Below are positions 9,554-18,422 of a stretch of DNA of 64,000 bases, piece by piece. This DNA comes from an uncultured Acidobacteriota bacterium (lineage in GTDB: Bacteria > Acidobacteriota > Vicinamibacteria > Vicinamibacterales > UBA8438), in contig CAJWLU010000011.1 in assembly GCA_913043225.1 (NCBI GenBank), positions 53,216 to 117,215 of the forward strand, given 5' to 3'. Within the stretch, counting starts at the first letter, position 1, and every line of letters begins with the position of its first letter. The translations under genes were made by a program, and so were the position numbers. Under the pieces are notes generated by a model that worked only from the letters and a program-made list of their open reading frames with translations, searched no databases and was not told where the DNA came from.

Positions 9554-11086
9554 TCACCCGAGGATGAAGGGCACGAGCAACAACGCGAGCGCCGGCACCA
9601 CCGTGACCGCGATGAGATCCATCAGCACCCCGTAGCGGATCATGTCCGTGATCTTCACGCGCCCCGAGGCATAGACGATGGCGTTAGGCGGTGTCGACAC
9701 CGGGAGCGCGTCGGCCACCGAAGCCGAGAGCGCGGCGGCCACGGACGGAACGATCGGATTGACGCCAGACGCCATAGCGATCGATATGACAATCGGGATG
9801 GCGATGTTCGTGGCCGCCGTGTTCGACATGGTCTCGGACAGGATGACCGTGAAGAGCGCCGCCGCGAAGGTCAACGTGACCATCTCGTCGGTCGGCACCA
9901 GCCCGGTGATGCCCTCGGCTACGACCAGAGCCAACCCGGAGGACGCAGCCATGGCGCCAAGCGACAGCCCTCCGCCGAAAAGCAGGATAGTGCCCCAGTC
10001 GATCTGGGCCGCCTGCTTCCAGGTGATGGTGCTCCGCTCGGTCTTGCTGTTGGGGAGGAGGAAGAGGAGCACGACGCCGATCAGTGCTGCCACCGCCTCC
10101 GGCACACTGGCCAGCACCGAGGCTGCCACCGGGTGCTCGCGCCCCAGAATCAGCGCCATAATACCTGGGCCTACCCACAACACCACCGTGACGCTAAACG
10201 CGATCAGCGCGTTGATCTCGCCACGGCGCCAGGGACCGAGCGCCGCCCGACGTTTTGCGATGATCTTGTCGAGACCGGGAATCTCGCTGACCCCTGTCTT
10301 TCCCACCCAGTTCAGGTAGACGAAGACGATGGCCATTAGCACCAGCACGATGGGCATCGAGAACAGCATCCACTGCACGAAGGTGATACGGAAATCGAGT
10401 TGCTCGCCAAGCATCCCTACTGCGATGAGATTGGGAGGTGTCCCTACCGGTGTCGCCATGCCACCCCGCGAACAGCAATAGGTAGTCATCAGCATCAACG
10501 CAGTACCGTACTTCTTCGGGATATCGGCTTCCGCCTCCATGAAACGGATAAGCGAGAGCCCGAGCGGAACGAGCATCGCCGCAGTCGCCGTGTTGCTCAT
10601 CCAAGCCGAGAGCACCGCCGCGAGCACGCCGTAGGCAAAGAGGATCCTCCCAGGTCTGGCACCGACGATCTTGAGCGAGAGCACGCCGAAGGCCACCCTC
10701 TCATTGACCCGGTGCACGAACAACGCGTGCGCAAGGATAAAGCTGCCAATGAACAGGAAAATAGTAGTACTGGCGAAGGGCCTAAACGCTTCGCCCGCTG
10801 GAGCCACCTGCAACACGATGGCCAGCGCCGGACCCAGCAGCGACGTGACCGCGAGCGGCAACGCCTCGGTAATCCAGAACACGATCACCAGCGCCATGAC
10901 GGCGGCCATCCGATGGCCTTCGGGCGTCAGCAACTCGAACGGCCAGGCCAGCGTGAGCAGGAAGACCAGCGGACCGACCACAAGCCCGATGCGGCGCCGT
11001 TTCTCGTCAAATTCGATCTCGGTCTGGGTCTTGGACGCGACGGGCAAAGGCGCGCCGCTCCCCGGTTGAGGCTGTTCTGCAGACAT
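9554..11086 (-). CDS. SLC13/DASS family sodium:dicarboxylate/sulfate symporter
   Basis: WITEALP, SAWMSNTAT, TPVGTPPN, SNTAA, PVSTPPNAIVY. Confidence 0.95.
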   Translation of the reverse strand: MSAEQPQPGSGAPLPVASKTQTEIEFDEKRRRIGLVVGPLVFLLTLAWPFELLTPEGHRMAAVMALVIVFWITEALPLAVTSLLGPALAIVLQVAPAGEAFRPFASTTIFLFIGSFILAHALFVHRVNERVAFGVLSLKIVGARPGRILFAYGVLAAVLSAWMSNTATAAMLVPLGLSLIRFMEAEADIPKKYGTALMLMTTYCCSRGGMATPVGTPPNLIAVGMLGEQLDFRITFVQWMLFSMPIVLVLMAIVFVYLNWVGKTGVSEIPGLDKIIAKRRAALGPWRRGEINALIAFSVTVVLWVGPGIMALILGREHPVAASVLASVPEAVAALIGVVLLFLLPNSKTERSTITWKQAAQIDWGTILLFGGGLSLGAMAASSGLALVVAEGITGLVPTDEMVTLTFAAALFTVILSETMSNTAATNIAIPIVISIAMASGVNPIVPSVAAALSASVADALPVSTPPNAIVYASGRVKITDMIRYGVLMDLIAVTVVPALALLLVPFILG

Positions 11087-11294
11087 TGGTTGCCCGGTGT
11101 ATCACATTTCGGGTCAGCCTGGCCAACAAGGAAACAACCTGGTGGGCACTTCCTCCCAGCAGATCGGTCCTAAGGAGATAGGCCGCCAGGCCGAGACGGG
11201 TGCGATACCATGCCTGGATATCCGGCGGCCTGCCCCACGCGACACACCATCCCCACGACCGGCAGCATCGTCCAGCACTACGAGACCGGCGGTG

Positions 11295-11688
11295 CATCCG
11301 GCTCACCAATTCGTTCAGTAAGAAGCTGGAAATCCACGCGCGCTCGGCACGCTGCACTTCCTGCACTACAGTCTTCGTGAAGATCCACTCGTCCCTGCAG
11401 ACAACGCCGGCTTAGGCTGAGACTGTGGGAGCTCTCGGATCTCGTCGAATGGCTCGAATCAGCGGAGGGACAATCACCATGTGGGCTAGAACCACTGCTC
11501 TGGAACGGTTGTGGCTATTCGGATCGCTGCTCACTGGAACCACCTTTTCGGTCGTTCTGGGGACCGACCTCAGAACCAGCCTCGTTGACGGGTTGTAGAT
11601 GGGGGGCGAAGTCCATCTCGGCATTGCCGTGCTTCGCGCAAGCGCCTGGACAGTACGAACTCTCAGCTGCACAAATTAAGCCACTACC
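11295..11688 (+). mobile_element. Decayed 3' remnant of an IS1-family (ISMhu11-like) element
   Basis: Frameshifted peptide pieces RLTNSFSKKLEIH / LHFLHY / FVKIHSSLQTTPA* / RLWELSDLV match the C-terminus of IS1-type transposases; putative right end CAAATTAAGCCACTACC at 11672-11688 (reverse complement begins GGTAGTG). Confidence 0.7.
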
Positions 11689-11769
11689 AAGGGGTGGCTG
11701 AACCGGCGTCGCCATACGGCGTGGTATCCTTGAGGACTAGGTTCGAAGGCGGAACGTAAGGAGGACGCT

Positions 11770-11925
11770 ATGGGTCCGATAGGTCTCCCCGAGCTGGTCA
11801 TCATCCTGTTGATTCTGTTGCTCATCTTCGGCGCCAACCGTCTGTCCGGCCTCGGCCGCGGAGTGGGTCAGGCGATCCGCGGCTTCAAGGACGAAATGGG
11901 TAACAAGGACGACAAGGACGAATAA
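11770..11925 (+). CDS. tatA: Twin-arginine translocase TatA/TatE subunit (51 aa, missing from the ORF track)
   Basis: MGPIGLPELVIILLILLLIFGANRLSGLGRGVGQAIRGFKDEM...; AAGGAGG SD. Confidence 0.95.
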   Translation: MGPIGLPELVIILLILLLIFGANRLSGLGRGVGQAIRGFKDEMGNKDDKDE

Positions 11926-11961
11926 CCCGCGGCATGCCCGCCGCAGTTCACCGTACATGAC

Positions 11962-12001
11962 AAGGACCGACGCCCACGCTTACGCGTGGAGGTCGGTCCT
12001 T
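11962..12001. terminator. Probable bidirectional terminator between tatA and the peroxiredoxin
   Basis: AAGGACCGAC..CCACGC-TTAC-GCGTGG..GTCGGTCCTT followed by ATTTTCTT. Confidence 0.7.
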
Positions 12002-12025
12002 ATTTTCTTGCGCGCCAGCCGACGA

Positions 12026-12559
12026 CTAGTTGGCCAGCCCGAGGTCTTGCATGTGGGCGACGAGATCCCCGCCGGCGGTCGACGGGTTCACTTCTTTGTC
12101 GATCCGCAGGATCTTGCCATCGCCGCCGATGATAAACGTCCACCGGAACGGGAACGCGCGCTCGGCAGTGACCACGCCATAGGCCTCAGCCACTTCCTTG
12201 GTCGGATTACTCAGTAGAGGAAAATCGGAGTCTAGCGACTCGGCAAATTCCTTGTTGGTCTGAGGGTCATCGACACTGATCATGAAATAAGCCATATCGA
12301 TGGCCTGCAACTCGTCGCTGGATTCACGCAGCGACTTGCACTGAGCCGTTCAACCACCGGTAAACGCCTTGGGGAACCAGGCCAGCACCACCACCGTGCC
12401 CGAATAGTCAGACAGGCTGTGGGTTTTGCCGTCAGACCCTGGCAGACTGAAGGCTGGCGCCATATCGCCAACCTCGAGCCCCTGAGCCTGGGCTCCGCCG
12501 ACGCCTACCGCAGCCACGGCCACGAAGACCATGACGCCGAGGGCGACGAACATCTTCAT
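12026..12559 (-). CDS. Selenocysteine-containing peroxiredoxin (AhpC/BCP-like), 177 aa, with signal peptide
   Basis: ORFs 12350-12559 and 12026-12310 are one frame joined by TGA at 12350-12352, giving [18 protein letters not shown], with U at the peroxidatic position (PxxxTxxC); SECIS-like hairpin follows. Confidence 0.92.
12306..12340 (-). promoter_or_regulatory. Bacterial SECIS element
   Basis: mRNA reads UGA-9nt-UGCAA-GUCGCUG-[CGUGAAUC]-CAGCGAC-GAG-UUGCA; apical loop starts 21 nt after UGA with G at loop position 2. Confidence 0.8.
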
Positions 12560-12834
12560 TACTCCACTCCTTGAGTGTAAGGACCGCCGAAAGACCGATT
12601 CACCCTACCAGACTGCATGGAGCGCCGTCTACTGAAACAGCGCGGTCTCGGAGAACTGTGCGAACCGGCCGAACCAGAACGTCCGGTGCTCCGACAGCCG
12701 CGGGAGCCTGGCGCCGGCCCCACTCCGGCCACGAGCCTAGGCAGCACCCGCCATGCCTATCCGACGGTCCCAGTTCGCATGCGCGTGTTTCTCAGACACC
12801 CCGCCGGCAGGGAATGGTTCGTAACGACAGCGCC

Positions 12835-13371
12835 CTACGTATCCTGGTCGAGGACGGCCACGTACGGCAGCTCCCGGTAGCGCTCATCCAAATCAAGCCC
12901 GTACCCCACGACGAATCGGTCCCCGATCGTGAAGCCCACATGCTCAAGAGCCACCGCGGTCTGCCGCCGGGTCGGCTTGTCGAGCAGCGCGACCGACCGG
13001 AGCGACCGTGGGCGCCGACCCTTAAGCGTGGACCGCAGCCACGCCAATGTGCATCCGCTGTCAACGATGTCCTCGACAATCAGCACGTCCCGCCCGGCGG
13101 GATCCTCCTGGAGATCCTTGAGCACCCTCACCACGCCCGTTGACCGGGTCCCCGCGTCATAGCTCGACAGCGTAATGAGGTCCATGGTGAGCGGTCGTCC
13201 CAGGGCTCTCATGAAGTCGGCGAGAAACACCACGCTCCCCTTTAGGACCGCCACCAAATGAGGGTCTCGACCAGGGGGATAGTGACGGTTGACCTCGACG
13301 GCCAGCTCATCGATCCGCCGGTCAATTTCGCTGGCCGTCAACAACACAGACAGACCGGGAGAGCCCATCAT
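12835..13371 (-). CDS. hpt: Hypoxanthine phosphoribosyltransferase
   Basis: VLKGSVVF, LIVEDIVDSG, LLDKP, FVVGYGLD. Confidence 0.95.
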   Translation of the reverse strand: MMGSPGLSVLLTASEIDRRIDELAVEVNRHYPPGRDPHLVAVLKGSVVFLADFMRALGRPLTMDLITLSSYDAGTRSTGVVRVLKDLQEDPAGRDVLIVEDIVDSGCTLAWLRSTLKGRRPRSLRSVALLDKPTRRQTAVALEHVGFTIGDRFVVGYGLDLDERYRELPYVAVLDQDT

Positions 13372-13429
13372 CTATGGCGATGGTAGCAGAGGGTCGATGA
13401 AACCGGGCTCGGACGGTGGAGTAGGAAGA

Positions 13430-13504
13430 TGGTGGGCGCTAGTGGATTCGAACCACTGACCCCCGCCGTGTGAAGGCGATGCTCTACCACTGAGCCAAGC
13501 GCCC
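13430..13504 (-). tRNA. tRNA-Val (anticodon CAC)
   Basis: GGGCGCTTGGCTCAGTGGTAGAGCATCGCCTTCACACGGCGGGGGTCAGTGGTTCGAATCCACTAGCGCCCACCA: cloverleaf, GTTCGAA T-loop, encoded CCA. Confidence 0.97.
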
Positions 13505-13552
13505 ACGCCGAGCAACTAGAAAGCCAGTTTACCTCAACCGGAGACGACCGCC

Positions 13553-14017
13553 CTACCCGACGAACAGCGACTCGTCCTTGTCTCGGCTGGGCTTGGGTGC
13601 CGCGGGTGGGTCCGGCGCCTGGGTTGGCGAACGGGTTGGCGGCTCGGCCGACGGCTCGTTTCGTCTGGCAAGGGCGGCGCGGATGCCATCGATGAGCGCA
13701 AACGCCTCACGCACGGGCGTGATGATGACCTGCTGCGCCGCGTCGAGGGTCTCTTCAGCCTGCTGCGATAGGCGCGAGGTTAACTGATCCGCTCGCTCGA
13801 ACTGGGCCGACGCCAACTTGGCAGCGTGCGACGCCTGGTCGCCCATTTCGTGCACCTTGGCCATAAACGGGTCGATCTCCCGTTCCACCCGATCGGCAAG
13901 TCGATTCACCCGCCGCGCCAGGACGGCGCCGAAGATCAGGACCCCGATCTGGATAAACGCCATCAGCGCGGTGGAGACCGCGATGACAATTAGGGCCAGG
14001 GTCGAAAAGTCGCTCAC
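13553..14017 (-). CDS. Membrane-anchored coiled-coil protein (DUF948-like)
   Basis: N-terminal TM helix plus helical region; coupled to the YtxH gene by GTGA overlap. Confidence 0.7.
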   Translation of the reverse strand: MSDFSTLALIVIAVSTALMAFIQIGVLIFGAVLARRVNRLADRVEREIDPFMAKVHEMGDQASHAAKLASAQFERADQLTSRLSQQAEETLDAAQQVIITPVREAFALIDGIRAALARRNEPSAEPPTRSPTQAPDPPAAPKPSRDKDESLFVG

Positions 14018-14310
14018 GCCGGCGCCTCGGACGCGTCCGAAGCGTCCTGCTTGGTCTGCGCCCGCTGATAGGCTTCGCGACCGCGGTCGATCGCCGACGT
14101 CAGGTTCTCTCGTTGCCTGGTCACAAACTCGCCCCCGCGTCGCGCGGCGTCCGAAGCCCTCTCCCGCCCCTCTTGCGCCTTCTCGTTCAATCGCCGACGA
14201 GTCTCCTCACCAGCGCTGGGCGCCCACAACAGCGCCACGGCGGCGCCGCTCACGGCTCCCAGCACGAACGCCATCAACACCGCTCCCGCATGTCCATCCT
14301 CTCGTGCCAT
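14014..14310 (-). CDS. YtxH domain protein
   Basis: FVLGAVSGAAVALLWAPSAGEETRRRL; GAGGAG SD before ATG14310. Confidence 0.9.
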   Translation of the reverse strand: MAREDGHAGAVLMAFVLGAVSGAAVALLWAPSAGEETRRRLNEKAQEGRERASDAARRGGEFVTRQRENLTSAIDRGREAYQRAQTKQDASDASEAPA

Positions 14311-14387
14311 GCTCGTTCTCCTCGCTAGGTCTTCTCGTCCCAATCATCTCATATTCGAGCCAGGCTTCCCGGCACGGACGAACGGCG

Positions 14388-16391
14388 TCACGTGAACGCT
14401 TGACCCGGACTCTTCAACGTCGCAATCTTGTCCCGCAACGCCGCCGCTCGCTCGAACTCGAGGTTCGCAGCCGCCTCCCGCATCTCGGCGTCGAGCTGGC
14501 TTAGATGCTCGTCTAGCTCGGCCCGGCTGCCGAACTCTTCGGCTCGCTCCTTCGCCACCGGTACCGTGACATAGTCCTGCTCGTAGACGCTCAACAGCAC
14601 GTCGTCGATCTCCTTGACGATCGACGCAGGCGTGATGCCGTTCTCGGTGTTGAACGCTTCTTGTAGAGTCCGCCGGCGCGTCATCTCATCCAGCGCGGCC
14701 TTCATCGAGTTTGTCACCACGTCCGCATACATGATCACCTGCCCCTTGACATTGCGAGCGGCTCGACCCGCGGTCTGAATCAACGCCCCCGAAGAACGTA
14801 GAAAACCCTCTTTGTCAGCATCCAGAATGGCCACGAGCGAAACCTCCGGGAGGTCGAGGCCTTCTCGGAGCAAATTGATCCCCACCAAAACGTCGAACGA
14901 ACCACGTCGCAGATCGCGCAGGATCTGGACCCGCTCCAGCGTCTCGACCTCCGAATGCAGGTAGCGTACCCGGACTCCGAGCTCCTGATAGAACTGCGTC
15001 AGGTCCTCGGCCATCCGCTTGGTCAGGGTGGTCACCAACACCCGCTCCCCGCATTTGGCGCGCTCGCGAATCTGGTGCAGGAGATCGTCGACCTGCCCTT
15101 TGACCGGTCTGACGTCAACCTCTGGGTCGACGAGGCCTGTCGGTCGAATGATCTGCTCGACCACGACGCCATGGCTCCGATCGAGCTCGTAGGGCCCTGG
15201 AGTGGCCGAGACACAGACCACCTGCCCCACCCGACTCTCCCATTCGGCGAAATTCAGCGGACGGTTGTCAAGCGCCGACGGCAGGCGGAACCCGAACTCG
15301 ACGAGCACTTCCTTCCGAGACCGGTCGCCGTGATACATGCCACGAACCTGCGGCACAGTCTGGTGGCTCTCGTCAACGATGGTCAGCGCGTCGGGCGGCA
15401 GGTAGTCCAGGAGCGTGGGCGGCGGTTCGCCCTCGGCTCGCCCAGAAAGGTGGCGCGCGTAGTTCTCGACGCCGTGACAGTAGCCGATCTCGCGCATCAT
15501 CTCGATGTCGAACATGGTCCGCTGATGGAGCCGTTGGGCCTCAAGCACTTTCCCTAAAGACTCGAGCTGCCCCCGTCGTTCCTCCAGCTCGGCCTTAATC
15601 GACTCGGCCGCCTGTAGCGTACGCTCGCGGGGCGTGACAAAGTGCGACTTCGGATACACGGCGACCTTGTCGTGATGTCTGAGGGTATGCCCGGTGAGGG
15701 GATCGAAGGTGACCAGCTCGTCGACCTCGTCGCCAAACAGCCCGATCCGTAGCGCCGCGTTCTCGTAGGAAGGGAAAACCTCAACAACATCGCCACGCAC
15801 CCTGAACGTGCCACGGGCGAAGTCGTGGTCATTCCGCTCGTACTGAATCTCAACCAGCTTCCGCAGCACCCATTCCCGCTCGAGGCGTTGACCTCGCTCG
15901 AGTGGCAACATCATGCCGTAATAGGCCTCTGGTGATCCGAGACCGTAGATGCAAGAAACGCTCGCCACGATCAGCACATCACGTCGCTCGAAGAGCGAGC
16001 GCGTGGCCGACAGCCGCATCCGATCGATCTCGTCGTTGATGGTAGCTTCCTTCTCGATATATGAGTCGGTCGTCGGGACGTAGGCCTCCGGTTGGTAGTA
16101 GTCGTAGTAGCTGACGAAGTACTCGACCGCATTGTCTGGGAAGAACCGTTTGAACTCGAGGAAGAGCTGGGCGGCCAGTGTCTTGTTGTGGACCATCACC
16201 AGAGTGGGCCGGTTCAATCGTGCGACGACCTGCGCCATGGTGAATGTCTTCCCCGAACCGGTCACCCCCAGCAAGACCTGGTGTGGATCACCACGTTCGA
16301 GGCCATCGGTCAGCTCCTTGACGGCGCGCGGCTGATCACCACGCAGCTCGAAGTCGGTGACAAGCGAGAAACGGTCGTCGGAGGAGGACAT
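14388..16391 (-). CDS. uvrB: Excinuclease ABC subunit B
   Basis: [46 protein letters not shown]-terminal UVR domain; start trimmed to ATG16391. Confidence 0.98.
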   Translation of the reverse strand: MSSSDDRFSLVTDFELRGDQPRAVKELTDGLERGDPHQVLLGVTGSGKTFTMAQVVARLNRPTLVMVHNKTLAAQLFLEFKRFFPDNAVEYFVSYYDYYQPEAYVPTTDSYIEKEATINDEIDRMRLSATRSLFERRDVLIVASVSCIYGLGSPEAYYGMMLPLERGQRLEREWVLRKLVEIQYERNDHDFARGTFRVRGDVVEVFPSYENAALRIGLFGDEVDELVTFDPLTGHTLRHHDKVAVYPKSHFVTPRERTLQAAESIKAELEERRGQLESLGKVLEAQRLHQRTMFDIEMMREIGYCHGVENYARHLSGRAEGEPPPTLLDYLPPDALTIVDESHQTVPQVRGMYHGDRSRKEVLVEFGFRLPSALDNRPLNFAEWESRVGQVVCVSATPGPYELDRSHGVVVEQIIRPTGLVDPEVDVRPVKGQVDDLLHQIRERAKCGERVLVTTLTKRMAEDLTQFYQELGVRVRYLHSEVETLERVQILRDLRRGSFDVLVGINLLREGLDLPEVSLVAILDADKEGFLRSSGALIQTAGRAARNVKGQVIMYADVVTNSMKAALDEMTRRRTLQEAFNTENGITPASIVKEIDDVLLSVYEQDYVTVPVAKERAEEFGSRAELDEHLSQLDAEMREAAANLEFERAAALRDKIATLKSPGQAFT

Positions 16392-16444
16392 CTTGTGGCC
16401 GGTCGCCTCATGGCGACCGGCGAGGGCTTTGAGGCTTTGGGTTG

Positions 16445-16768
16445 TCACCGACCGTCTTCGTCGTGCTCGATCCAGGGGACAAAGTAGCCCTCGCGAGCTC
16501 GGATGCGGGGGTCTGAAAGCTCCGGGGAGGCGAGGGTAACTTCTACCCGCCGCCAACTTCCGTCGGTGATCGGATCAGACGAGCCGTGACCGAGCGCATA
16601 ACGGTCGGCAAGTTCCACCCCGACCTTGTCGTAGATTTCTTCTAGGTCGTCGGCGGTGTCCGTGAAGCAGATGCGGCCGACGGTCCGAAACAGAGACTGG
16701 GCGACGGCGGCGCAGGCTACCGCAAGTGCGGCGAAACAGAGGGCGATCCGGCTTGGCAGCGACAGCAT
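16445..16768 (-). pseudogene. Internally deleted VWFA-related Acidobacterial-type protein (signal peptide plus C-terminal tail only)
   Basis: Signal peptide joined directly to LEEIYDKVGVEL..RYALG...DGSWRRVEV...[10 protein letters not shown] core with MIDAS motif absent. Confidence 0.6.
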
Positions 16769-16952
16769 AGACCGCTGGCATCTTACCCGATCGACGGCGA
16801 GACCCTAGCGACGACAATCGCTACTACGCCCTTGAGGACAGGGCGTATAATCTGGCACTTGGTGGACTTTCGAAAAGTGCAACTGTCGCGGCTGGTCGGC
16901 ACCTGTCTCTGGTGCCGAATCCGGAGCTAAGACGAAAGGCTACGACTACGTC

Positions 16953-18422
16953 ATGAAGTGCGTCGCGGTGTGCCAGGACGAGACGGTTGTCCGGATCCTG
17001 GCCAAAGCACTTCCCTCCTCCTTCGAGACAGAGTTCATCGTCGAGGACCGTCTGCTCGCCCGACGGCTCAGCGAATGCGACATCACCGTCCGTGTGGGGG
17101 ACTCGCGGAAGGTGGACACTTTCCTGAAGGCCAAGGTCGACCCCAGCACCTGTGTGTTGGTGGAAGATACCGGACGCCGGAGCCCACACCGAACGATCGA
17201 GACCATCCGAGACGCAGGTGGCACCTTGATTTACCTGCTCGACGTCGGGCATCCGCTGAGTCCGAAGCGCCGGCGGGAAGCGAAGCCACACGAAGCCGAT
17301 GTCGGCCACCTGGCGCTCGCCGACCTGCTTGTAGGCGAGCTCGGCGTCCGGCTGGAACGCTCGATGACCCGAGCTCGGGTCGAGCAGTATCAACGCTATC
17401 TCGCCGACGCCGACCGAGTGCTCATCCTCCTGCACAATGATCCTGACCCCGATGCCATAGCCAGCGGATTGGCGATGCGAAACCTGCTGCACCGTACCAA
17501 GACCACGGCAATCATCGGGACATTCCAGGGGATGACGAGGCCAGAGAACCTACGGATGGCCAACCTGTTGGACATCCGCGTGGAGCTGTTAGAGCGGCAA
17601 TCGCTCGGCAGCTTCGACCGGATTGTCACGGTGGACGTCCAGCCGCACTACTTCGGCGGACTGATCGACAAGGTCGATCTGGTGATCGACCATCATCCTG
17701 AGCGAACTGGGTACAACTCAGCCTTCAAGGACATCCGTCCCGATTACGGCTCAACCTGCACGATTCTCACCGAGCACCTGCGCGCCATCGACGTAAACAT
17801 CTCCGAGCGGACCGCCACGGCGATGCTTTACGCAATCAAGTCCGACACCTTGTTTCTGTCACGGCAGACCCACGAACCGGACCTCGACGCGTTCAGATTC
17901 CTGTATCCGCTCGCAAACGCAGCGCTCGTGCGGAAGATGGAGGGGGCCGAGACGACCATCGAGCGACTAAACTGCATCGCCGATGCCGTGCACCAGGGCG
18001 CGGCTGGGCAGACGCTCTACACGACGCACCTGGGCGAAGTGGCTCGGGAGGATCTCGTCGCCTATGTGGCCGACTTCCTGCTACAGGTCGAGGAGATCAA
18101 GTGGTCGATCGTTTCCGGGATCGTCCACAGTGACGTCGTGATCTCGGTCCGAAACCTGGGAAGTTCCCGGCACGCCGGTGAGTTCGTGAAACAAAACTTC
18201 GGCGACGTCGGGAGTGCGGGAGGCCACCGCGCAATGGCCAAGGCGGTGGTGCCAGTGGTCCGCTTCACAGAGAAGTTCGGTACGACCGCACCCAAGCGGA
18301 TCATCGAGATTCTCGACCATCTAGGTCGCAACTTCGTGGGATCACCCGCTCCGCCAGATCAGGCTGCAGCGACGCCGATTACGGCCGGGACGTCGCCGCC
18401 GACTCGATCCGCTCTCCGCTAG
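16953..18422 (+). CDS. DHH/DHHA1 phosphoesterase with N-terminal TrkA-N/RCK-like region
   Basis: HNDPDPDA, VIDHH, AIKSDT, SAGGH; N-terminus V.VGDSR...FLKAKV resembles RCK_N; TATAAT at 16846-16851. Confidence 0.9.
   Translation: MKCVAVCQDETVVRILAKALPSSFETEFIVEDRLLARRLSECDITVRVGDSRKVDTFLKAKVDPSTCVLVEDTGRRSPHRTIETIRDAGGTLIYLLDVGHPLSPKRRREAKPHEADVGHLALADLLVGELGVRLERSMTRARVEQYQRYLADADRVLILLHNDPDPDAIASGLAMRNLLHRTKTTAIIGTFQGMTRPENLRMANLLDIRVELLERQSLGSFDRIVTVDVQPHYFGGLIDKVDLVIDHHPERTGYNSAFKDIRPDYGSTCTILTEHLRAIDVNISERTATAMLYAIKSDTLFLSRQTHEPDLDAFRFLYPLANAALVRKMEGAETTIERLNCIADAVHQGAAGQTLYTTHLGEVAREDLVAYVADFLLQVEEIKWSIVSGIVHSDVVISVRNLGSSRHAGEFVKQNFGDVGSAGGHRAMAKAVVPVVRFTEKFGTTAPKRIIEILDHLGRNFVGSPAPPDQAAATPITAGTSPPTRSALR

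Noticed and set aside
12560..12834. 275-nt gap between hpt and the peroxiredoxin with short ORFs or a possible ncRNA
   Set aside because: No recognisable protein motif or RNA family; left unexplained.
13372..13430. tRNA-Val 3' end as an integration site
   Set aside because: No integrase and no duplicated tRNA 3' end were seen; the neighbour is the housekeeping gene hpt.
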